DNA of 62,609 nt, the filler included, from Nemertoderma westbladi (Eukaryota > Animalia > Xenacoelomorpha), in NCBI GenBank assembly GCA_032718475.1. It is 4 parts of 4 records of this genome, joined end to end, with 100 filler letters (N's around TTAATTAATTAA, not from the genome) between each part and the next. Parts side by side here need not be neighbours in the genome. Positions count along the whole stretch, not along the records: positions 1 to 16,085 come from JAUCBJ010006874.1; positions 16,186 to 33,042 come from JAUCBJ010006789.1; 2 more parts are not named here. The stretch is one strand, 5' to 3'. The position numbers and the translations under genes were made by a program. Positions 13,156 through 24,650 of the stretch are shown piece by piece. Under the pieces are notes generated by a model that was not told the DNA's origin, did no database searches, and saw nothing but the letters and a program-made list of their open reading frames with translations. Position 1 is the first letter of the stretch; each line of letters starts with the position of its first letter.

Positions 13156-14203
13156 GACAGACAGGATCGGTATGCTGCATTGCAGCTGCATTTTTAAGAA
13201 TGCTGTGCCGGCTTGTCGACAAAATTGCGCCGCCACCACTAGCTATCACCCATGACATTTGCTAGATTATCTGCATCTTCAAGGCCAGTGTCCTTTAAGA
13301 TGCGTCTCAAGAAAGTCATGGGCTGTCCACCATGCTTATTCTCTCCATGAGGCTGCCAAAGTACGAGATTATGCACTGGCTGGTCCTCACGGCGAAAGAA
13401 ATGTCCTGCAAAGCGGAGGCGATTTTGTTCTAGTGTCGAGGTTGGGGGAACCAATGAGACACCTCCAATGTTATATAGTGTCTGGTTGCAGATGTGTGCA
13501 TTGCACTTGACATAGTGAACCCGGCGTAGCATTCTTGTGAATGTGCCATCCAGAGATTTGGTGTCCTCAGCAGTTAGAGCCCAGCATGGACTCCCATAGA
13601 GGAGTGCTGGAACTACTGCTGCTCTAAATAATCGGACCTTAAGTTTCCGATTAATTCTCGGTGACTTCCAAATCCTGGAAAGTCTATTCAAGGCTGCCCA
13701 TGCCTTTCCCTTACGTATTCGAAGGTTCTCACCTGACTTCTGGATCCATAATCCCAGGTAACAGAACTCGTCCACATGCTCAAGCATACCATCCTTTGAG
13801 CTCATGCTCATCCGGTCAGAGACTTGCTGAGGACTTTCAAAGTTAACTGTCAAAACTTTGGTCTTTCTGGAGTTAATAAAAAGACCAACACTAGAAGCAG
13901 CCTGTTCTAATGAGCTGAGGAGCCGTTGGGCTCCTTCTAGTGATTCTGAGAGTACTCCTAAGTCATCAGCAAAGTCTAGATCAGTTAGGTACTTGGCAGG
14001 ATTTCCTCGACTTCTGGAGCCAGTAGGTGGAGATATCATCACCCCATCATCATTATGATGATCTAAGGACATGCATAGAACATAGTCAACCACAATTATG
14101 AACATGAATGGTGCAAGTGTGTCTCCCTGGAGGACGCCCCATAACACTCCAAATGGTTCTGTGTCACCATCAACAGTAGACACAAATGTTGTCGAACCAT
14201 CGT
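13156..14203 (-). mobile_element. Second 5'-truncated copy of the same RTE family, with a 12-bp TSD
   Basis: Protein closely similar to the 8898-9887 copy; flanked by ATAAGAAGCCCC at 13144-13155 and 14204-14215. Confidence 0.92.
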
Positions 14204-14439
14204 ATAAGAAGCCCCACAACATCAACAGGTGCAAGAACATAGTGATTATCTTTGGCGCAATGAAACCTACCTAACTCACTATACCAGACACTCACCAAGG
14301 CAACTACGTATATGAGGGAAAATTTTCTTCATGGTGAAGATTTTGCTTCCAAGTTTAGAAACAGCAAATCAGATTGCCAATTTTAAGTCAGTATTGAATG
14401 GATATTATATTACTATAATATTGAAACATTATGGATAGA

Positions 14440-14770
14440 TCTGAGCAACTTACTGCTGTGCGCCGTGTACAACCCACCCGGAGCAAGTAAAAGCAAATTT
14501 CTAAAACAGCTAGCTCCCAAATTGAAACAGCACACGTTTTATCCCAAAATACTAAAATAATGGTCCAGGGAGATTTCAACATAAATATGCTAAAAATAAA
14601 CAAACATTCAAAATAAATTAATAATATAATGACTTTATATAATCTGTCGCTCCTGAATATGTCCGACCCAACTAGAATAACCGACAAATCCGAAAGATTA
14701 ATTGATTTGGTACTGACAGATATTAATAGAACAAACATACAGGACTGCTCCTTTTTTCCGTGTAATGATG
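14440..14770 (+). mobile_element. LINE APE endonuclease C-terminal fragment (CR1/L2-like)
   Basis: AVYNPPGAS, IMVQGDFNINML, PTRITDKSERLIDLVLT. Confidence 0.8.
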
Positions 14771-14779
14771 AGTGTAATG

Positions 14780-15200
14780 AGTACTCCCTCACCACTACAG
14801 ATTTTAAGGGGGGGGGGGGGGTCGGGGGGGGGGGGGGGGGGGGGGGGGGGGTACACCCCCCTTCAGGTCAAAATTTTCTTTTTTTGTTTTTTTATTTCAT
14901 CTAGAATAGAATTTAATGCGGATTTCAAATCTGGAAACGGCTTAGCGAGATCTCCTTTACTTCTCGAGTAATGGCTGGTTTTCCGTCTGTATGTCTGTCT
15001 GTCTGTCCATCGAAATATTAAAAAGAGCATAAAATAAGCAATTTGAAATGTTTACTGTTAGGATTTTTCTTAATATCGATGTCTGTTTTAATATTTTGAA
15101 TTATCTAATCACTATGTCTGTATCTCAGTCTGTCTCTCAGTTTGTCTGTCTGTTTGTATGTCTGTCTGTCCGTCAACAAGTCCGTCAAATTTTAATTAAT
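14780..15200. repeat. Probable non-autonomous interspersed element with poly-G and (GTCT)n tracts
   Basis: Interrupts the APE fragment; (TGTC)n runs near 14985 and 15115-15185 recall DINE-1/Helentron-type elements. Boundaries uncertain. Confidence 0.35.
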
Positions 15201-16085
15201 ATATATTTAATAGATATTTGTGAGTTTTGTATTACATATTGAACAGTTGTCTAATGGACTAGTTGTCTACTAGTAATAACAAATGTGAACCATCATATAA
15301 CAATAGCTAGTAATAATTATTCTGGGAAACAACCATAAACTTATTTTTTTTAAATTCCGCAGGCTCTGAGAATAATTCACGTGCTGCGCGAAGTCTTCAT
15401 GTGCAGCATGAACTTTTCATGTGCCGCGTGAAGGCTTCTCATTCTGATCAAAAAGCTTTCCGAGGTGCTCGATTAATTAACGTGCTTTATGAAGAATTTA
15501 AGTGCTACGTGAAACCTTCACCTGCTGCGCAAATGTCTCACGTGCTGCGCGAAGGTTTCACATGCAGCGCAAAGCTTAATGTTCTGTGTAAAGGCTTATT
15601 ATAAAATTATGTGGAAATTTGTATATAATTTTGAATGTTTCTTAAGGTTATCTCATTATTCCATGACTATTTATTACTAAATGACGAAATAGTATGCGAT
15701 CAAATCAAGAAGCCAAAATGTAATTTGTTCACGTGCTGCGCGAAGTGTTTTTTGGCAAGCACTCTAAAATTATTTTAACAGGTTGTTAAAAGTGGGTAGG
15801 GGTTTTTTTGAACCAAATTTCATGAAATCCATTGAGAAATCACAAAATATGGATAGGGGATAACCAATGGGAAAAGAAAAGGAGATACCAGTACTGAAAA
15901 ATAGCGGGAACATTTGAAATATATTGTTCTTAAACTTGAAATGCGTTTATCTCGGAATTTTTTTTTTCACATTCAAAATACTACTACTCGGCCATTTCTT
16001 AACCAATTTTCGAAATTTTTTTTTTATTTGATTTCTTTTCGGTTTTTGATCAAAAGTTATCGGTTACAATTTTGAATTGTGCCAT

Positions 16086-16185
16086 NNNNNNNNNNNNNNN
16101 NNNNNNNNNNNNNNNNNNNNNNNNNNNNNTTAATTAATTAANNNNNNNNNNNNNNNNNNNNNNNNNNNNNNNNNNNNNNNNNNNN
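16086..16185. other. Artificial contig linker
   Basis: 44 N + TTAATTAATTAA (stops in all six frames) + 44 N. Confidence 0.97.
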
Positions 16186-16440
16186 TTTCTGAAACTTTAA
16201 CATCACAGATGGATAAGATAGCTCTACATTTTATCCATTTAATCTTAATACAAAAAGTTTTTGCTTCTTGTAGTAAATAAGGGCCAAACTTAGGAAATCT
16301 GTATTTTCTTGAAATTTAGCCTAAAATTAGGCACTCAAAATGCGATATATCGGCTTAAATTGCATTTTTCCGTAAATCCTTCAAATTAGTTTCTTAGAAT
16401 TGCTTTGGGCACATCCGTACCAAATTTCATGAAAATCTGA
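16186..16440 (-). repeat. Interspersed repeat, inverted copy of 20101-20355
   Basis: TTTCTGAAACTTTAACATCACAGATGGATAAG...AAATTTCATGAAAATC is the reverse complement of 20101-20355 with scattered mismatches. Confidence 0.85.
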
Positions 16441-19400
16441 GCAAGTTAAGTATTTTTGGAAGTTTGACAAATTTTGGCGAATTTTTTTTTCATTTTTTCA
16501 TTTTTTTTTATTTTAGCCTCAGATTACCTCAAAATATACTATATAGGTACATTTTGGTGTGCTGAATCCGAATATGCATGCCATTTTCGATTTCAACGTT
16601 GTGTGTAGGTATGACAGACAAATAAAAAAAGTCCGTTAAATGGCCGTCTTTTTGAAAGTCTGAGCTTTAGTTTAAGAACTTCCTAGGAATTATATTTTCT
16701 AAAACTGTGCTCAATTAAAGAACGTTTTAGGGTAAGAAAAATGACGCTGGCAACTATTTATATGAGTTGGCCCAACCAACCCAATTTTACTCCAAACCGT
16801 CAAATTTTCACCGATTTTTAACGAAATTAACCAATTTTCACCACAAAATTACATATTTATAAAAAATAAAACAACTTCCTAGGAATTATATTTTTTTTAA
16901 CTTTGGTCATTTATAGAACATGATAATAGAACAAAATTGACATATTCCAAAATTTTCAAGAGTTGCACGAACCTGGTCAATTTTGTGGTCAAATCTGGCT
17001 TACGTAGCCACAATTTGGCAATTCCCGGCTCTTAAACTCTTATAGTTTAAAAATCATACCGATTATAAATATATTGAGTATAGCAATTCTAAACGCATTA
17101 ATTTCCGTACGTAACAATGAAAATTTCATCGAATACGGTCGTGTTGCACCAGAGTTACAGCGATTTTTATAATTGCACATCGTATTAAAAGTTTCATTAT
17201 TGTTGTATTATTTGACCATTTTGAAATTCCCTCCATCAATCCATTTGAATATCATAACATGATGGCCTACATCAAACACTTAGCCAAAGCCAACCAATGG
17301 TACAGCTCTAGCCAATAACATATAATTTGTATCCTAGCAACGGCAACACTTTTTGTAGTGTGAGGCAGGGACAAGGCGCCTTGGGCAAGAATGATGGCTG
17401 TGTAGCAGTTCACTGCAGTTACCGATAGTGTTTGATTTTATATACCGGTCTGCCCCTCCACTGGAACGCCTGCTGCAGTACTGCAGTAGCGTACCACCGC
17501 CTGTACTTTCACAGGCCTTACTACAGTAGGCCTACCTGCCTACTACTGTACTATACATTTCACTTGTATTCTAGGCTTGTCTGCATGTTATCAGGTTTGG
17601 TACGCTGTATGCAGGCAGCAGGCAGGCAGGTATGGTCTGACGGTTGTTGTATAATTAAATTTAGGCCTATTTCAGTAGCCTATTTCATTTATTATTTGTT
17701 AATTTTTAGTGAGCCTAATACTGTGATTGTACTAGGCCTAGCATTTTTGTTTTCTCATGTTCTTTCAGTAGGCCTAACCAATCCACATTCACCCATTTGG
17801 CTAATAACCTCAGGATTTTAGTAAACTCATGAGACAATCTGCCTGCATTATAGGCCTACTGCAGTTCTAAACTTCAAGTTCGGAAGTTGTAATCCTGTAA
17901 TCCTTATATCCGAGGATCCCTATTGGGTGGGGATCACTTGCAGCTTATCCTAACGAATCGTCTCCTTCTGCATATAGATGACTGCTGAGTCTTCAACGTT
18001 GATGACACAAACTGGCGGACTGGGTGCCAGCACGTTTGCGATAACATTCTCGCATATCTCTGGACGGCCAAGGTCGAGAGAGGGTCGTACTGGAACTCTA
18101 TCATCGCGACTTCCGGCCCTTCGCCTCGTTTCTCCGACGCAATGCTGAAAGATGCAAAAGTGGACCTACTGCTCGAATCCGGTGGGAAAACTACTGGTAG
18201 TTCCAATCGTATTGTACGTATACGTAAGCAGGACTTCGCTAAAAGCAAACATGCATGTGAAACTAAAGAGACTTCGTGGTATCGGTACGATTACAGTGCG
18301 TGGTTTCTGGAAATTGCAACGTTTACCGGATGAAATCTTAGGCTCTAGAATCAGCGGCATGAAATACTGAAATACAAAGTGCAAAACTTTCGTGGGTCAA
18401 CTGCGGTAGAGCAATTCAGTGCAACAGCAAGCGATGAGTTATTATGGGTTGCGTTCTGGAGCGAGTTGGGATCCCCAGTTTAAATTCGCGAGTGGTTCGG
18501 TGTCTATCAGTCGACCAGACACGCTTTGGTTCGTTGAGTTTTTAACTTTCATGTCTTCGTTTCATCCAAACCGCATCCGGGTAGGGATACCAAACCACCG
18601 CATTATTTAATGCTTTTTAATTTTGTTATTGTCTATCGATTGACGTATATATAACCTGTGCCTATATTCAGTTACTGTGTTAACATTTATGACGTCGTAT
18701 TGGTTTAAATGTATGCCCATGTATTAATTATTTGTGGTCCTACTGTATATTGCCATGAGCAGAAATTATTTTATTAATTGAACAAATTAAATTCACAATT
18801 TAGTATTGAATCTTTAATATATTATACAAAATAATAATAATATTTATTATTATGTAAATATATTAATAGTATAAACAGCTATAGCTATATACCATAAATA
18901 TATTGTTATATTTCATAATTAAAATTTGTTTAATAAATTACTTTGCATTTTGTAGAAATACTGATATTTTTTAGCGTATTTACAAAAGCAAAGAATAAAA
19001 AATGTGCTTTTTCGATAATTATGCAAATAAATTTTTTATTTTAATGCAAATACTTACAGTAATATTAACCAAGTATTTTGTTAAACAGTAAAATTTAGTT
19101 TTCATTCTTTGATATATTTTTTTTTGTTGGTTTTAAATAAAATTTGAAACATTTTTGGTACTAAACAAGATCCCCAATGTCCCGTCAACACCTTGGGTTG
19201 ACGAGAGGGACATTGGGGCTAATCTCTAATAAGGAATTCTACCCCCCCCCCCCCCCTCCTTACTTTCGGACTAACAATTAGTAAATTGTGGATTTCAGTT
19301 TCCAACAATTCCATTTAAATCGCACTCTTAATGAACAGAACTTCACAGTCTAGTCCAATATTAAAATTGTTTGTGAATTCGAATTGTTTGTGAAACATAT

Positions 19401-19949
19401 ATGTTTCATCATAATATTAATTTTTTTACAGCTTTAATATTATACTGACATCGTAGATGTTACTGAAAGATGGCACAACCGAATTTTATTTAGTAGGTAT
19501 AGGGCCTAGACAGCAAACTTGTGGTGCTGTATGTTGGTACAGTACATTAATAGTTGTTATGGGTAAAATTAATTATTGCGGAATTTCAGAACAGTAATAA
19601 TATTAATAATGTTAATAACCTACTGTATTAGGTTTATGATGTTTGGGATGCATATTTGGTGTACAGAATCGATAATGGATATACCCTGTGTTCCTATTAA
19701 AGTACTGATAATGTAATAATAAATATGATTATTGCTTATTTGTTTTTTTAAATAATATAAATAAGATATTAATTATTATAAAACAAATAATCTTAATGAT
19801 GAAATTATTAAGAGTTAATTAAGCCACCGCAAACTGACGTTACAAGGCGGGAAATTTGAGACTACTACTAAGACAAACACAGTAACTTGGACTGGCAGAC
19901 ATGAGTGTGGTTCTATGTACTAATACAGTAATGCGATATTTGTGTAAGT

Positions 19950-21107
19950 ATTTGGGGAGTATCAAGAGAGGTGGGAGAGGCTGATTTTCCTCTATTGCTG
20001 CTGGCTTTTCTATTCCTCCGTTTCTTTACCGACCACCCCCCCCCCCCCCCCCCCCCCTCTCTGTCTACCACCCTCCCTCCCCTAGCACCCGCACCCCTTG
20101 TTCGGATTTTCATGAAATTTGATACAGATGTGCCCAAAGCAATTCTAAGAAACTAATTTGAAGGATTTATGGAAAAATGCAAGTTAAGCCGATATATGAC
20201 ATTTTGAGTGCCTAGTTTTGGGCTAAATTTCCAGAAAATACAGATTTCCTAAGTTTGGCCCTTATTTACTACAAGAAGCAAAAACTTTTTGCATTAACAT
20301 TAAATGGATAAAATGTAGAGCTATCTTATCCATCTGTGATGTTAAAGTTTCAGAAAAATATAAGCAGACAATTCGGAGAAAACCACTTTCTACCATAACC
20401 TATTTTGTCAACTTCCAAAATTACAATTTTTCGGCCCCAATTTCCGGCCCTTAATATTCAAGCAACGCACAATATCAATAACAGTAATGGAACTCCCATC
20501 TTCCCTCTATATAACGCAAGTGGAACGGTTTCGTTCTAATTAAAAGATACAGAGTTATAATGATTTAAAAATTGTCAAAAATATCCAAATTTGGCCCAAA
20601 ATTGGCCAAAAGTTGAATTATTGGAATACTGTTTAATATTTTTGGCCAATATTTTGACCCGATGAACAACTGTATTGGATATGTATTCGGTATGAGTTTC
20701 AATCGAAATGGCCAAGCTGCTTTGGTGATAGTGAGAAAACAATGTAAAAATTTACCATTGGGATAATTTTTGGGTAAAATTAAAATGTGGCCAAAATGGC
20801 CAAATTTGGCTAAACGAAATTTTTTAATGAAACTTGCAAATTTATCCGCGCACAAAGTCTCCGGAGAACATTTGAAGATTTCAGTCACCTTCATCCCGAA
20901 TTTCACCAATTAGTGCTAGAAGTTTCCAAATTGGGGCAAAAATCCACTTTTGGTTGCCAATTTGGAAATGTTGGGGAACTAAATTGAAAAAACAAAAGCG
21001 TACAAAATTCTTAGAATAACAAAAACTACAAACGTGGCAAATTTCAGAGAATATAATTCCTAGGAAGTTGTAAAACGCCCCGAGTAAGCTCCACTTTCTA
21101 TATACTA
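19950..21107 (+). repeat. Non-coding interspersed repeat element, family unassigned
   Basis: Contains the segment that is inverted at 16186-16440 and an AATATAATTCCTAGGAAGTT motif also found inverted near 16680 and 16875. Boundaries approximate. Confidence 0.5.
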
Positions 21108-21142
21108 ATGTTGGAACGCCTACGCCCGGTGTGGGAGAATCC

Positions 21143-22544
21143 TCACGAAGGATCCTCCCACGTTGTGTTGTTTTTAGGTTTACATAAGAACCGCATATCC
21201 GACGAGGTATGTTCAGATTGGTCTCTTAGATGAGGGTTTGGGAAGTGTTGATGTGGATAATCATGTCTACTCACTCTGTGCTTCTGATACTGCTGGTATG
21301 TTTGACTTTGGTGTCGAGATGATTCTGGGGCATGTCTCCAAGAGTTCCTCACATACTCCGTATGCCTATTATTATCTTGCGGGATAGATTTATATTGATT
21401 ACCATTATAGTTGGCTTGAATGTTATTGTGTCAGTATGAATCCCTAGAGGTTTTGTAGTGTAGATCAAACCCTTTATTATTCCGCTTCATATCTGTGCTG
21501 CTTCTACTGCTTCCGTTTGTTGGAAGGGGTGCTTCGTTGGGTTTCTTGTTCGTATCTCGTTTGATGTTGCTTAAAGTTGTTGTGTTCATTCTTGCTACTA
21601 CCTTGTGATTTTCTTAGATTGACAGTTTCTTTGGAAACATTATTTAGATTCGCCAAGAAATCAGTCTGTTGTTGTAGAAGTATGGTAATTTTGGTATCAT
21701 TATCTAGTTCACTATATTTGTTTTCAGTCTTAATGTTGTGCTGCATCTGGATCTTTGATTTGAAGGTTGGTTTGGCAGGTCTTTTTGGTTCTTGCCAGGT
21801 GTCATTGTTTTTGAGGACTTGTTCTAGAGTAGAGGGACATTTCACTGATGGGTTTGTGATTATTACAGAGTCTTTTCTTATGTTTGTTGGTACCTGACTT
21901 CCTTGCAGGGATTCACCTTTATTTTCCTTTATGCTGTATGAGTAAGTAGGATCCATTTCAGTTTCATTTGAATTGTCTGATATATTATCTACTGTTATAT
22001 ACTCATCAGTCTCTGATGGTGAAGATATGTCAGTTGTAGAAGTTGTGGACTTCTAGATATGTCAGTTGTAGAAGTTGTGGACTTTTTCTAAGCCAAGTGG
22101 CACTAGGGACCTAGCAAAAATTTCTTTTGGATTTTGCATGATGCTCTCCGCCCTGGCTGTTTCAATGAATTCATATGATGTCATAGCTTTGCTGAGTTTT
22201 GTCAGAGACATATTCATTGCCTCTGTTGATGTTTCCTTTGGTTGTGTCTTCGGGGAATTCATAGTGGGATTCCTCGGATTTGGTTCTTGATAAATAAACT
22301 GCTGCCTGAGCCTAATATTATTATGTGCTTCACTGTCACAGCCGATTTCAATAGCAACAGGCTTTGTGCAGGGAAGGTTATCTAATGAATTGGTGCGACG
22401 ATGATTGCATTGGTTAATCTTGCTAGCCTTTCTAGTGTTATGATGTTCCGTTCCCTTCTTTTGGGAAGCAGATTGAGAAGTGTATACTGGTTGTGTAATT
22501 CGAACATCTTTCATACATGTTCTTAACCACCCAGTTTCGAACAC
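21143..22544 (-). pseudogene. Decayed long low-complexity (Q/N/S/T/K-rich) ORF, possibly a LINE ORF1 relic
   Basis: Three consecutive same-strand ORFs of similar composition; a 32-bp-period duplication at 22023-22084 lies at one break. No diagnostic motif. Confidence 0.35.
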
Positions 22545-22617
22545 CTATGCTTCTCTCCTTGGGATTGATTGGAGGGCAAGATGAATGGCTTTTCAAGAAG
22601 AATGAATTTTTTTAGCT

Positions 22618-23520
22618 TATGAAATTTCTTCAGTAAATGCGAGACTGCTGTAATCATCTATTTTTTTAGTAAAAAATAATAAACTTACAGTATATATGTT
22701 AAAAACCAAACATCACGCTACAGAAAAAAATATTAACTTAAAATTTTTCACAAACTTATTAACTGTAAACAGTATCTAGCATATATCCAACGTTTAATTT
22801 TACATTTATTTTTAGTCAAAGGTAGATTCACTGACATTGTTCTAGAACTTAATAGAAATGTGAGCTAGACATTGAAGCACTATCTTAAGGTAGGTGTGAC
22901 AATGTGTGAAATATAATTCATGTATTATGATCAAGTGAGATATTGTTATGATTATAAAAGCTAGTTTGTTTGTTTAGTTAATAAAATAAGGTTTTAATAG
23001 TTAATAATAATAATTAATTCAATAAGGTTATGAAGTCATATTATAAGATTATAAGGTTATAAGGTCGGTCAATCCATAATCGATACACAAATAGTATGTT
23101 ACAACTGGAAATACAAGTGTTAACTACATTTGTCGTGGAAAATAAATAATCGACACACGGGAAAAGATGTTCTATTTACACCACCTAGAGAAATGAATAA
23201 TTTGGCAATTATCAAAGAGGAAATACACTCTACTCCCGCTGGGCGGCTTTATCCTGAATAAATTTAGAAACGCCTTCAAAGGGAACATGAATCTAACTTT
23301 GAGTAAAAAAAAATGTTAAATTTAATGTTGCCTATATATAATGCTAGATACTGTTTTCAGTTAATAAGTTTGTGAAGAATTTTAAGTAAATAGTATACAA
23401 GTTAATATTGTTTCTATAGGGTGATGTTTGGTTTTAAACATATATACTGTAAGATTATTATTTTTTACTAAAAAAAATAGCTGATTACAACAGTCTCACA
23501 TTTACTGAAGAAATTTCATA
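22618..23520. mobile_element. Foldback/MITE with ~190-bp terminal inverted repeats
   Basis: TATGAAATTTCTTCAGTAAATGCGAGACTG... at 22618 versus ...CAGTCTCACATTTACTGAAGAAATTTCATA ending at 23520. Confidence 0.8.
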
Positions 23521-23746
23521 TTTTTGAATAAATATAACAGTACTTACTCAGTTTTAAGGCTTACATTTTAATTTTCACATTTTTTACTCAAAATAGATAG
23601 ATAGATAGACAGTTTGTTGTCAAAGAATAGTTGAGGAATGTCTCGCAAAGTTTATTCATGGAATTTTTCAGTGAATCTAATTTCGCAATAAAAAAATGTC
23701 AAATTAATAGTGCTAAAACCCAACATCACTCTGTAGAAACAATATA

Positions 23747-24650
23747 TTATAAAAAATTTAATATTGTTACCAAACGACCATACAAGTAATGGTGGAAATG
23801 TTGACAAGCCCAGTTTAGAACCCACAACTCCAAGAAGTGTGGTGCATCATATTGCTGTTGATCATTGTTTATATGTTTTGATGCATAAGCAATAATGAGG
23901 TGTAATTTGTTGTCAATGGTGCTAATCTGTGAAAGTATGGAGACAAAACCATTGCCACTTGCATCAGTTTCAAGTACAAATTCATTGTTGAAGTCCGGGT
24001 ATTGTAAAACCGGTGTAGTGATAAGTCGATTCTTTAGTTCCAAAAATCCTAACCGTGTTTAATTTGTCCAAACAAAAGGCGTAATTTTTTGGAGTAAATT
24101 ATATAAAGGTTTTGCGATTTTTCCGTAACCTTCAACAAAACGCCAGTAATAATACGTTAATCCAAGAAAGATTCACACTTCTTTTATATTTCGAGGTTCA
24201 GGGTAATTTATAACTTTTCGATATTATTGCTGGATCAGGACTAATCCCATTTCGTGAAATAACATGTGCCAGATATTTTATTTCTATCTGACTAAACTTA
24301 CATTTCTTTTGTTTCAACTTCAGATTTACTTTCTTAATCCGTTGTAAGACAAGTTTCAGTTGCTCTGTAAATGTAATTGATTTTACTAATATATCATCAA
24401 TAAATACATGGAATTGTTTATCTTCTTCAGTTGAAATGCCGTTCAATAATTTCTCCATAGTTGGTTGGAAAGTAGCTGGTGCGTTACATAATCCGAAGGA
24501 AAGTACTATGAATTCATAAAATCCAGAGCAACAATTAAATGTTGGTTTAGGAATGTCTCTATATGACATCGGGATCTGTCTGTAGCCGGTAGCCAAATCA
24601 AGTGTTGAGATATATTTCGAGGGCTGTAAATCATCTAATATATCATCAAA
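23747..24650 (-). mobile_element. Ty3/gypsy pol relic (RT and RNase H)
   Basis: YISTLDLATGYRQIPM, FGLCNAPATFQ, VFIDDILV, KCKF...YLAHVIS, PVLQYPDF...LETDASG...IAYASK...FHHYLYGR. Confidence 0.93.

Noticed and set aside
16086-16185. TTAATTAATTAA motif as a biological site
   Set aside because: Identical 100-bp construction at all three gaps; it is a synthetic six-frame stop linker.
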